A stretch of DNA of 64,000 nt from Verrucomicrobiales bacterium (GTDB lineage Bacteria; Verrucomicrobiota; Verrucomicrobiia; Limisphaerales; SXTU01): NCBI GenBank assembly GCA_005791875.1, contig SXTU01000174.1:9-64008 (forward strand). Reading direction: 5' to 3'. The position numbers were made by a program, and so were the translations under genes. Below the pieces are notes generated by a model. It was not told where the DNA came from. It did not search any database and saw nothing but the letters and a program-made list of their open reading frames with translations. Positions 31,289 to 38,653 of the stretch are shown here, in pieces (position 1 is the stretch's first letter; each line of letters starts with the position of its first letter).

Positions 31289-32629
31289 TCAGGCTGCTGC
31301 GGAATGAGCGTTCATCGGGACGATCTTACTGGCTCCCGGCGGGACGATTGCGAACCACGCTTTCGCGGCGGTTGGGGTCACGAGTTGTCGGTAGTTGCTG
31401 AAAATCATTTGAGGCGAGTTGCCGGCCTCCAACGCGACTTGCGCAACGTTTTGCGTGTCCGCGACCCGGTAGGAAATGAACGAATGCCGTAAAGCGTTGT
31501 GCTTCCATGCAAACTTGGGCAGGTCGCCGCGTTTCTCTCGCAACTGATTCACGCGTGCCGAGAGCTTCGTGAAGTGATGCCACCAACTCGTATAGTCCAT
31601 CACCTTGCCGGACGCCTGTGCGTAAAGCGCTAGCCAGGCCGCCAGATTGTCGGTGATGGGGGCGAGGCGCCGCGCCGCTGTCTTGGCATTGCTGGCTTTG
31701 ATTTCAATGTGGCGTTGCGCCAGGCTCACCTCGCTCCAATCCAGCCGTTGAATCTCCGCGGTGCGGAGTCCAGCGAAGGCGGCAATGGCAAGCCAGGAGA
31801 TCATCTCCGGGTGCGCGGCGGCCAGGATTTCCTGCATCGCCTCGGGCGTGAAAATCTCAATCTCGCAGCTGTCCTTCTTCACCTGTTGGACTGCTTCGAT
31901 TTCCTCTAGGGCGTCCTTGGGCAGATATTTCCGCTTGATGGCGAACCGAAACAAAGCAGCGATCACACGCAGATAATTGCGCTTCGTCCGTCCGCTGCCC
32001 TTCATGGCGTCGAGCCATGCTTGGATCAAGCTCCCGGACACGCCGGCGATGTTCATTTGGAAGGCGTCGGCAAAGCGCTTCAACCGGCACTCCAGGTCCT
32101 TCAAATGAACCGCGGACAAGTTCGCCGTGCGCTTGGCGGCCAGCAGATCGTCAACGGCTTGACTCACCGTCCGCTTTTGAAGCATGGCAGGATTGCGACG
32201 GCGGATAAGATCCACGGCTTCCCGGAGTGTCACGCCTTCGGGGAGCTGCTTCAGCGCGGACACATATTCGAGCACGGCGACGTTGAGCGGGAGTTTGAAG
32301 GGGCGCAGCTGTTCAAGCGCCTGGAGGTAGATGCCGCGGTCGGTTGAAGTCAGGCGGAGAACTTCATGTTCCCCGCTGGCGAACTTCGTGGCGCACAGCA
32401 CTCCTTCGCGTTTCGCCTTCTTCAAGCTGCCGAAATTCTTCTTCCTGCGCTGCGCCCCGTCGTAATAGACGAGCGTGTATTGGGTGTAAGAAACGCCGTT
32501 GGCCCGGTTCTTCCCGGTGTAAATTTTCACGGTGACGTTGCCGCGCTTGATTTCGATGGGCTTCCTCGACGAAGGGCCAGCCTGAGGTTTTATTACGGGG
32601 ATTCTCCCCAAATCGTCCCCAAAAATCAA
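31289..32629 (-). CDS. Tyrosine recombinase / phage-type integrase
   Basis: C-terminal catalytic region AFAGLRTAEIQRL.., WKHNALRHSFISYRVA, NSPQMIFSNYRQLV (the R..HxxR..Y pattern). Non-ATG start (TTG at 32629), so the start is uncertain. Confidence 0.85.
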   Translation of the reverse strand: MIFGDDLGRIPVIKPQAGPSSRKPIEIKRGNVTVKIYTGKNRANGVSYTQYTLVYYDGAQRRKKNFGSLKKAKREGVLCATKFASGEHEVLRLTSTDRGIYLQALEQLRPFKLPLNVAVLEYVSALKQLPEGVTLREAVDLIRRRNPAMLQKRTVSQAVDDLLAAKRTANLSAVHLKDLECRLKRFADAFQMNIAGVSGSLIQAWLDAMKGSGRTKRNYLRVIAALFRFAIKRKYLPKDALEEIEAVQQVKKDSCEIEIFTPEAMQEILAAAHPEMISWLAIAAFAGLRTAEIQRLDWSEVSLAQRHIEIKASNAKTAARRLAPITDNLAAWLALYAQASGKVMDYTSWWHHFTKLSARVNQLREKRGDLPKFAWKHNALRHSFISYRVADTQNVAQVALEAGNSPQMIFSNYRQLVTPTAAKAWFAIVPPGASKIVPMNAHSAAA

Positions 32630-32655
32630 TGGCTACTAAAATCACCATAAAATAG

Positions 32656-32692
32656 TGGTGCCGGTGGCGGGACTCGAACCCACACGACGTTT
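32656..32692 (-). repeat. Displaced 3' end of tRNA-Leu (att direct repeat, distal copy)
   Basis: tggtgccggtggcgggactcgaacccacacgacgttt matches 43221-43257 at 35 of 37 positions. The 5' half of a tRNA does not follow it. Confidence 0.85.
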
Positions 32693-32770
32693 CGCACGCT
32701 TGGAGTTTGCAGAAACCTCATAAAAACCAACGTTTACAGGCATTGAAAACATGCTAGACATCAGCAACAC

Positions 32771-32790
32771 GTTATGCGATGACGTTATGC
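32771..32790 (+). promoter_or_regulatory. Candidate integrase arm-type sites (GTTATGC x2, 13-bp spacing), left end
   Basis: GTTATGCgatgacGTTATGC lies immediately before the integrase ATG (32792). The same pair, with the same spacing and orientation, lies at 43138-43157. Confidence 0.5.
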
Positions 32791-32791
32791 C

Positions 32792-34006
32792 ATGTCTAGC
32801 ATCCACCAACAACCGGGCAAGCCCTGCTATTTTTGCGCCTACTACGACCCCGAGGGCTACCGCCGTTTCCGCTCCACGGGCACCGGCAACCGCGCCGTCG
32901 CCGGCATCATTTGCACCGCCGTCGAGCGCGCATCCCAGCTCGCGCGTCAGGGCAAGCTGTCCGAGCAGAAGGCGCAAAGCCTCGTTCGGGAGACAAAGGC
33001 CACCGTTGCCGAGAATCCCAAACACGGGCCGCTGATGGCGGACATGGCGGACAAGACGCTCCGCCCCATCGTCGAGGAGTTCGTCAGGATGGCCGGCGGT
33101 GAGCTTACGAGCTTCACGGTGAAGCTCTGGCTCGAAACGTGGCTCGCGGGCAAGACGGACGCCAGCAAGGCCACCCGCATCGAATACAAGCGCATCGTGG
33201 ACCTGTTCGTGAAGTTCCTTGGGGCTCGAGCGGAGCGACCGCTGGCGACGGTGCAGGCGGTCCACGTCGAGCAGTTCAAGGCGCACCTGGCTGGCCGCGT
33301 GGGCGCTTCGACGATCAACAAGTCCTTGAAGGTCTTGAAGGGCGCGTTCGGCAGCGCCGTCGCCAAGCGGCAACTGGAGTTCAGCCCGGCGGAACACGTC
33401 GAGTTCAACGAGGCGGCGTCATCCCAGCGCCGTGCCTTCACGCTCGCGGAAATCAAGAAGCTGCTGGCGGTCGCGGAGAGCGACTGGCGCACGATGATTT
33501 TGCTGGCGCTATACAGCGGTCAGAGAATGCAGGATTGCGCGCGGCTGACGTGGCGCGAGGTGGACCTACTGCAAGGCACCATCAGCCTCGAAACGGAGAA
33601 GACCGGGCGCAAACAGGCGATTCCCATTGCCGAGCCGCTGGCAAAGCATCTGGCAACACTGGCCGGCGATGACCCCGACGCGCCGCTCTGCCCAAACTTT
33701 CGGGGGAAGCCATCGGGCAGGCTGTCGGCTAAATTCTACGATCTGATGGTCAAGGCCGGGCTGGTGCCGCCCCGCAATCACGAGAGCAAGGGCACCGGGC
33801 GCGACGGCGCGCGGGAGATGAGCAAGGTGAGCTTCCACAGCCTCAGGCACACCGCCACGAGCCTCTTGAAGTCCGCCGGGGTGAGCGACTCCGTGGCTAT
33901 GGACATCATCGGGCACGAGACGGCGGCGGTGTCCCGCAGCTACACGCACATCGCGGACGACGCCAAGCGCGCGGCGGTCAACAAACTGCCCGATGTCACC
34001 GGCTGA
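32792..34006 (+). CDS. Tyrosine recombinase / site-specific integrase
   Basis: 404 aa. LALYSGQRMQDCARLTW, SFHSLRHTATSLLKSAGV and IIGHETAAVSRSYTH form the R..HxxR..H..Y catalytic pattern. Confidence 0.9.
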   Translation: MSSIHQQPGKPCYFCAYYDPEGYRRFRSTGTGNRAVAGIICTAVERASQLARQGKLSEQKAQSLVRETKATVAENPKHGPLMADMADKTLRPIVEEFVRMAGGELTSFTVKLWLETWLAGKTDASKATRIEYKRIVDLFVKFLGARAERPLATVQAVHVEQFKAHLAGRVGASTINKSLKVLKGAFGSAVAKRQLEFSPAEHVEFNEAASSQRRAFTLAEIKKLLAVAESDWRTMILLALYSGQRMQDCARLTWREVDLLQGTISLETEKTGRKQAIPIAEPLAKHLATLAGDDPDAPLCPNFRGKPSGRLSAKFYDLMVKAGLVPPRNHESKGTGRDGAREMSKVSFHSLRHTATSLLKSAGVSDSVAMDIIGHETAAVSRSYTHIADDAKRAAVNKLPDVTG

Positions 34007-34334
34007 CGGATTGGCGGCCGGCGCGCTGCCCGAACTGCTCGGGGTGCCGACGCTCCAGAATCCAGCGATAGCCCGCGCTCCCGGTTCCGTCCGCTTGGAT
34101 GACTTTCAGCGCCTTGAACAGGAACTCCGCCTGCGCCTGCTCGATGACCAGCCTGAGCTGTGGGTTCCGCCGTTTGGCCGCGCGGAAAGACTCGTAGTTG
34201 ACCGGTGGAGTCATCAGGTGGCAGGCCGAGCGCTCCGGCATCCCTCGCGCCACGTGCTGCGCGATGGCCTCGACCACGGCCAGCGTGATCTGCGCCGGGC
34301 GTCCACCGCGCCGCTGCTTTCGTGGGGTGCTCAT
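33996..34334 (-). CDS. Small HTH DNA-binding protein (terminase-small-subunit/transposase-HTH-like)
   Basis: The ATG at 34334 gives MSTPRKQRRGGRPAQITLAVVEAIAQHVARGMPERSACHL... It is the last gene of the minus-strand rep operon. Its 3' end overlaps the integrase stop by about 10 nt. Confidence 0.5.
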   Translation of the reverse strand: MSTPRKQRRGGRPAQITLAVVEAIAQHVARGMPERSACHLMTPPVNYESFRAAKRRNPQLRLVIEQAQAEFLFKALKVIQADGTGSAGYRWILERRHPEQFGQRAGRQSVSR

Positions 34335-34346
34335 GGCTTCTCTTCT

Positions 34347-34372
34347 CGCGCGCACGCGCGCGCGTGCGCGCG
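34347..34372. repeat. 26-bp perfect palindrome of alternating purine-pyrimidine sequence
   Basis: cgcgcgcacgcgcgcgcgtgcgcgcg equals its own reverse complement. It lies 13 nt upstream of the HTH gene start and downstream of the DnaC-like stop. Confidence 0.85.
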
Positions 34373-34408
34373 TTGCTGGTGCAAACTGCGTGGCTGGGGC
34401 ATGGGGTT

Positions 34409-35149
34409 TCAGACGCCGAGTGTTGTCTTCGTCAGCGGAAACTGCACGGGCTCGCAGAACTCGCGCAGCCGACGAATGAGAGCGTCTGCAACGTGGCCGG
34501 TGTAGCGCTCAGCCAGCTCATCGGGCGCAAGTTGCGTCGTGACGATGATCGGGCGGAACTGCGCCGTGCGCCGTTCCACCAGGCCGAAAAGTTCTGTCTG
34601 CACGCGTTCTGTGGCCGGCTCCTTGCCCAAATCATCGAAGAGCAGCGCCTCGGCGCGCTCATACCGCTTCAGCCAGGCCGTTCCCTCGAAGCGGGAAAAC
34701 CGGGTAGCAATCTCGTCTCCGAAAGCGACAGCGTGGATGGCCTCGCACCGCACTCCGGCGTCCACAAGCTGGCGGAGCAGCAGGCAGGCACTCCGAGTCT
34801 TCCCCTGGCCGGAGTCGCCGTAGAGAATCAGCCCGCGCGGGCCGCGCGGCCATGCCAGCACTCGGCGCAACGGCTCTTGCGGCATCCGAGCAGGGTCGCT
34901 CTCACGATATAGCGGTGGGCAGACTCGCTGCCACTCCAGCGCCCGCCGCCGAGCAGCCTCGGCAGTCCGAGCAGCTTCCTCCGCCACCCGCTGCGCTTCC
35001 GCCGCTGCTGCGGAACAGCCTGGACAGGCATGTCGGGTAAAGACCTCGCGGCCTTCAAACAGAAGCGGGGTGTAGGTGAAGGGTTCGCGGCAGACGGTGC
35101 AAATCGCCGTCCGGCTACCAGGCTGATGGGTGTCGTGTGTGGTTTCCAT
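34409..35149 (-). CDS. DnaC/IstB-like AAA+ ATPase (helicase-loader-like) with an N-terminal Cys4 zinc ribbon
   Basis: ATG at 35149. CTVCREPF..HACPGC is a zinc ribbon. Walker A is LILYGDSGQGKTRSA and Walker B is ALLFDDLGKE. Confidence 0.8.
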   Translation of the reverse strand: METTHDTHQPGSRTAICTVCREPFTYTPLLFEGREVFTRHACPGCSAAAAEAQRVAEEAARTAEAARRRALEWQRVCPPLYRESDPARMPQEPLRRVLAWPRGPRGLILYGDSGQGKTRSACLLLRQLVDAGVRCEAIHAVAFGDEIATRFSRFEGTAWLKRYERAEALLFDDLGKEPATERVQTELFGLVERRTAQFRPIIVTTQLAPDELAERYTGHVADALIRRLREFCEPVQFPLTKTTLGV

Positions 35150-35650
35150 TTCGTTTGTCCTTCGTTTTGCCCTTCGGCTCGAACAGCCCTTGCCATCCGT
35201 TGCGAATTGAAGCGGCGAGAATCTCCGTGGCGGTCGGTTCATCAAACTGCGCCAGCCAGTCGAGTTGCTCCTGAAAGAGCCCACGCCACTCCTTCACCTT
35301 GCGCAACCCGCGCCTGTGCTTCATCCAGTCGCCCCACTTGCTCAGGAACGGGACGGTGTTCAGATGCCCCGGAAGCTTGAGCTCGGAGAGGTCGTCACAA
35401 CCGCGCGCGGAGCCGCGCGTCTCCTTCCCAAGGAGAACCTTCAAGGGAGAACCTTTGTCCCCCTCCGTTTCGGGTGGGTGGTTGGGCATCCGTTTCGCGT
35501 GGGTGTCCCCCGGTTTGAATACCTGCCCCTCCGTTTCGGGTGGGCATTCCTTTCGGGTAGGCAGACCACCGGGCAGGGGATTCAGCACCACGCGGAAGAT
35601 GCTGGTCCTGCCTGGGCGGACTTCCTTGGTGATGAAGCCGCGCGCCAGCA
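35115..35650 (-). pseudogene. C-terminal part of a winged-helix replication-initiator-like gene, separated from its 5' part by the inversion
   Basis: The frame continues ..LLARGFITKEVRPGRTSIFRVVLNPLPGG.. into ORF 35115..35591 (..LKLPGHLNTVPFLSKWGDWMKHRRGLRKVKEW..IRNGWQGLFEPK). No start codon of its own precedes the wing segment. Confidence 0.7.
35460..35562. repeat. Iteron-like direct repeats inside the rep coding region
   Basis: CCCCTCCGTTTCGGGTGGG occurs perfectly at 35460-35478 and 35526-35544. Degenerate copies are tccgtttcgcgtggg (about 35489-35503) and cctttcgggtagg (about 35549-35561). Confidence 0.7.
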
Positions 35651-35660
35651 GGAGCCGCAG
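35651..35660. repeat. Left copy of the 10-nt inverted repeat at the inversion junction
   Basis: GGAGCCGCAG is the reverse complement of CTGCGGCTCC at 40528-40537. Confidence 0.9.
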
Positions 35661-36949
35661 GCGGGGTCCAGCACGGTCACGCGGCAGAGCCGTTCGTGGA
35701 AGGCGTTGACCTCGGCGCGGGCTTTCTTCAGGTCACCCGCGCGGGCGTGCGTGACGGCGGCGACGCGGACGCTGGCCCACTCGGCGCGGAGCGGCTCGAT
35801 GACGGTGGGGAGGACGAGGCGCTCGACATAGGCGCGGGGCGTGTAGTGCGCGCCGAGTTGGTGGCGCTCGTCCGGATTTAAGGCGCGTTCCAGCAGCGTG
35901 CCGAAGATGGCCGGCTCGACGCTGCCCCAGTGCTGCCGGGCGGCGTTTTTCAGCAGGCCCAGTTGCAGGCCGTTGATGGGGAGGACGGTGTCGTCGGCGA
36001 AGAGGCCGCCGTTGAACTGGAGCAGCTTCTTGCGGAGGACGACGGAGATGCCCTTGCCCGTGCCAGCGTTCATCTCGCGGAAGAGCTGCCGCAGCACGTC
36101 CTCGAAGCCTTCGCCGCTGGCCGGAAGCAAGTCGAGCAGCTCGGTGAAGCTGTGCTTGGGCAGCAGCTCGACATCCTCCGCGAACATGCAGAAGAGGCAG
36201 CGGGTGAGAAACTCGGCGACGACCTTGGGCGAATGGCCGGACTGCTCGAAAGACTTGGCCAGCGCGGCGAGGTGCCCGGCGACTTCGCGGGTGACTTCGG
36301 CGGAGCGCTTGGCGGGGTCGAGCGCGGCGGGGTCCGTCCAGATGAGTCGGAGGCGCGCGCGGATGGCGTCGTCCGCCAGTTCCGCGAGCCGGATGCGGAA
36401 GGCGCGGGGATTGGGGAAGGGCAGGTAGGCTTTGCCCGCCTGCGTGAAGTCGGCGAACACCTCGAAGGAGTGGCCGACATCCAAGACGATGATGAAGGGC
36501 GGGTTCTCGTCACCGGGCAACGCGCGGACGTAGCGCTCGGCCTGGCCGCGTGCCTTGAGCATCGCCTCGCCCCAGGCGTCGGTGCCGCGCACGGGCTGGG
36601 AGGATTTCTTGCTGGTGGTGATGCCGGCTTCCACAGCGACGAGTTCGAGCTGCGAGAGTTCGGCGCGGGTCTCCTGAAACTGCTTCGATTCGAGGACGAA
36701 GCAGCCGCGCTTGTAGAGGTCAATGCGGCCGTTGGTGGTCGTGCCGTCGGCGTGGTGCTCGGTGACGGGGAACTCAAAGAAGTAACCGGCGTGCGGGTGG
36801 TTGTCCGGGCGTGGGACTTGGAGCAGGTCGCAGAGTTCAGCGAGGAAAAGCTGGCTGTTGGCGCGCTCGGACGGCGCGGCATTCGACCAGTGGTTAATGA
36901 AGCCAGCGACATCGGACGGGGATGCGTTGGCTGGCTTTGGCTCGCTCAT
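35651..36949 (-). pseudogene. MmeI-family type IIG/IIL restriction-modification enzyme, N-terminal fragment (endonuclease + spacer + start of the MTase)
   Basis: ATG at 36949 (MSEPKPANASPSDVAGFINHW..). GRIDLYKRGCFVLESK carries the D-X9-E-X-K nuclease motif. GAHYTPRAYV is present. The homologous part ends ..VLDPACGS in the middle of SAM motif I and is then followed by 23 unrelated codons. Confidence 0.8.
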
Positions 36950-37029
36950 GTCGGTGCAAGACGGTGGCAAGGGCGTGGGTGGGCGGCAAGTTCTTACGTG
37001 GTTGTCCGATGGCTGTTTCGCATTCACGG

Positions 37030-37620
37030 GCTTGCCGCCAGCGTGACCCACGCCTACGGTGGCGGCGGTTGGACCCGGAACTGCCACTGCGGGCACTGCC
37101 TTAACAGGCACCCAAGCGGAGGGAAAAGCCTCCACCAGTTTGAAACCGGAACCCCCGGAGCAGACTGGCGCAGCGGATCCAAGTGCGAGTCTTGGGCGCA
37201 GTCCAACCACGCATTCCCTGCCTGTTCGGAGCGCGGGCAGGGTGTGGCCTGCCGCGCGCGGAACCCTCCTTGGGCAATTGAAGCCCTCTGGACTGGAACC
37301 GCGCGCGGCCTTTGCCTTGCTTGACGCTTTGCGACTCCTACACTGGCTCCGCTGCGGAAGCCGCGCCAGGAACTATCACCGCCCGAGACGAGCGACAAGG
37401 CTCTGGGATGGCGGCGGAGCCGGGTGCAAGTCCCGGTCTGAGCGCGCCCGCCGCAGCATTTCCTCTCCTCGCGCGAACTTGGTCCCGCTTGCCACCGCCC
37501 TCGCGCGTGCCTACGGTCGCTCCGGCTGCGGGGCCGGTAGCGGAAACTATCACCGGCTCCGATGAGCGAACAGGCTCTGAAATGCCGGCGGAGGCGGAAG
37601 TGCGTGCAAGCGCGCCCGCC
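37030..37620. repeat. Three degenerate direct repeats (about 130-170 bp each) in a 1-kb non-coding gap
   Basis: Shared motifs, same order: GCTTGCC(G/A)CC; CCTAC(GG/AC)T at 37053, 37337 and 37510; GGAA(A)CT(G/A)(C/T)CAC at 37077, 37369 and 37542; GTGC(A/G)AG at 37183, 37424 and 37604; GCGCGCCCGCC at 37442 and 37610. Confidence 0.65.
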
Positions 37621-37946
37621 CTAACCCCAGCCCCGCAGTCATCCCTCGCGCTCGTCCGCTGCTCCTTCGTGCGAGCGGCGGGGTGCGCCGTATCTCGGCG
37701 ATCCGTCTCTCCAGGCCAAGATGGTGCCGTCCGGGGCCTCCAGCACCGCGCTGTTGTCCTCTGGAAATTCCCTCCACTTCGCAGCCGCCCACAACTGCCC
37801 TGCTGGCGTCAATGTCTCTCTAGGCGCGCCGGCCGGCTTCAAGTTGTCTGGCTCGTTCGGCATTGCACCCCACTCTTTCCCTGCCGTCGGGGAAGTCAAC
37901 GACATCGTTGACATTCTTAACCATGTGAGACATTGTTTGTAGCACG

Positions 37947-38204
37947 ATGAAGACCGCCACCGTCAGAGACTTGCGGAACCAGTTCCCCCGCGTCGCCGCG
38001 TGGATCGAGAACGGCGAGGAAGTTGGCATCACCAAGGCCGGCAAGCTCTTTGCCCGCCTCGTGCCCGCCAAGCCCGCCAAGCCGCCCAAGCTCGTGAAGC
38101 CCGACATCATGGCCCGGCTCAAGGAGACGTGGGGCGACCGCGTGTTTTCCGCCAAGGAAGTCGCCGCCATGCGCGCGGACGAGCTGGAGGGCGAGGAGGG
38201 ATGA
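37947..38204 (+). CDS. Phd/YefM-type antitoxin
   Basis: 85 aa. MKTATVRDLRNQFPRVAAWIENGEEVGITKAGKLFARLVP is a typical Phd/YefM N-terminus. Its stop overlaps the toxin ATG (ATGA). Confidence 0.8.
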   Translation: MKTATVRDLRNQFPRVAAWIENGEEVGITKAGKLFARLVPAKPAKPPKLVKPDIMARLKETWGDRVFSAKEVAAMRADELEGEEG

Positions 38205-38653
38205 TCGCCTTCCCGGACACCTCCTTCCTGTGCGCCATCTACCGCCGGCAGGACAATTCCCCGGCTGCTGCCGCTCACTTCAAGGCCATGAAGGAGGCCC
38301 TGCACGTCTCCACCCTGCTGCTCTACGAGTTCCGCCAGAGCGTGCGCTTCCAAGTCTGGCTGAACGCGCGGGACAAGACCCGCGGCTACCCGCAGGCGGA
38401 CGGCGACCAGGCGTTGGCTGACTTGCAAACCGATCTGGACACCGGCGCGGTGGTGCTGGTGGCGGCGGAATGGCCGGACGTGCATAGCCGCGCGGAAACG
38501 CTCTCCCGGCAGCACACGACGGCGGGCGGGCACCGTAGTCTCGATGTGCTCCACGTCGCCACGGCGCTGCATCTGGAGGTCGAGGAATTCCTCACGTTCG
38601 ACGCGAACCAGCGCAAGCTCGCCGCCGCCGCAGGGTTGAAGGTGAAGCCATGA
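38201..38653 (+). CDS. vapC: PIN-domain toxin (VapC-like)
   Basis: The ATG at 38201 gives MIAFPDTSFLCAIY.. (first acidic residue). LLLYEF, LDVLHVATAL and LTFDANQ supply the remaining PIN acidic residues. Confidence 0.8.
   Translation: MIAFPDTSFLCAIYRRQDNSPAAAAHFKAMKEALHVSTLLLYEFRQSVRFQVWLNARDKTRGYPQADGDQALADLQTDLDTGAVVLVAAEWPDVHSRAETLSRQHTTAGGHRSLDVLHVATALHLEVEEFLTFDANQRKLAAAAGLKVKP

Larger units (their letters stand above)
30795..32655. mobile_element. Remnant of an older integrative element (integrase plus one decayed cargo gene) next to the displaced tRNA-Leu 3' fragment
   Basis: The integrase start at 32629 lies 27 nt from the 37-nt tRNA-Leu 3' copy. A regulator-like gene with an in-frame TAA lies at 30795-31072. 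No distal repeat was found, so the left boundary is uncertain. Confidence 0.5.

Noticed and set aside
32656-32745. A second complete tRNA gene at the distal att site.
   Set aside because: Only the 3' 37 nt (part of the variable arm, the T-arm, the acceptor 3' strand and CCA) are present. No matching acceptor 5' strand, D-arm or anticodon arm follows.
37410-37452. Cobalamin-riboswitch-like fragment GGGUGCAAGUCCCGG...GCGCGCCCGCC.
   Set aside because: Only a short resemblance to the B12 element. There is no B12 box (GCCACUG-like), no upstream GGGAA-type junctions and no B12-related gene downstream.
37542-37590. Hammerhead-ribozyme-like string in repeat copy 3 (CCGAUGAG...CUGAAA).
   Set aside because: The core deviates from CUGANGA (C instead of the conserved U). 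The flanking helices do not form convincingly. The string is not conserved in the other two repeat copies.
37312-37911. 199-aa plus-strand ORF, and 37059..37565, as protein genes that would explain the three repeats.
   Set aside because: The composition is Ala/Pro/Arg/Ser-rich. The repeats fall in different frames in different copies. The ORF has no start context and overlaps the more protein-like minus-strand ORF 37639..37914.
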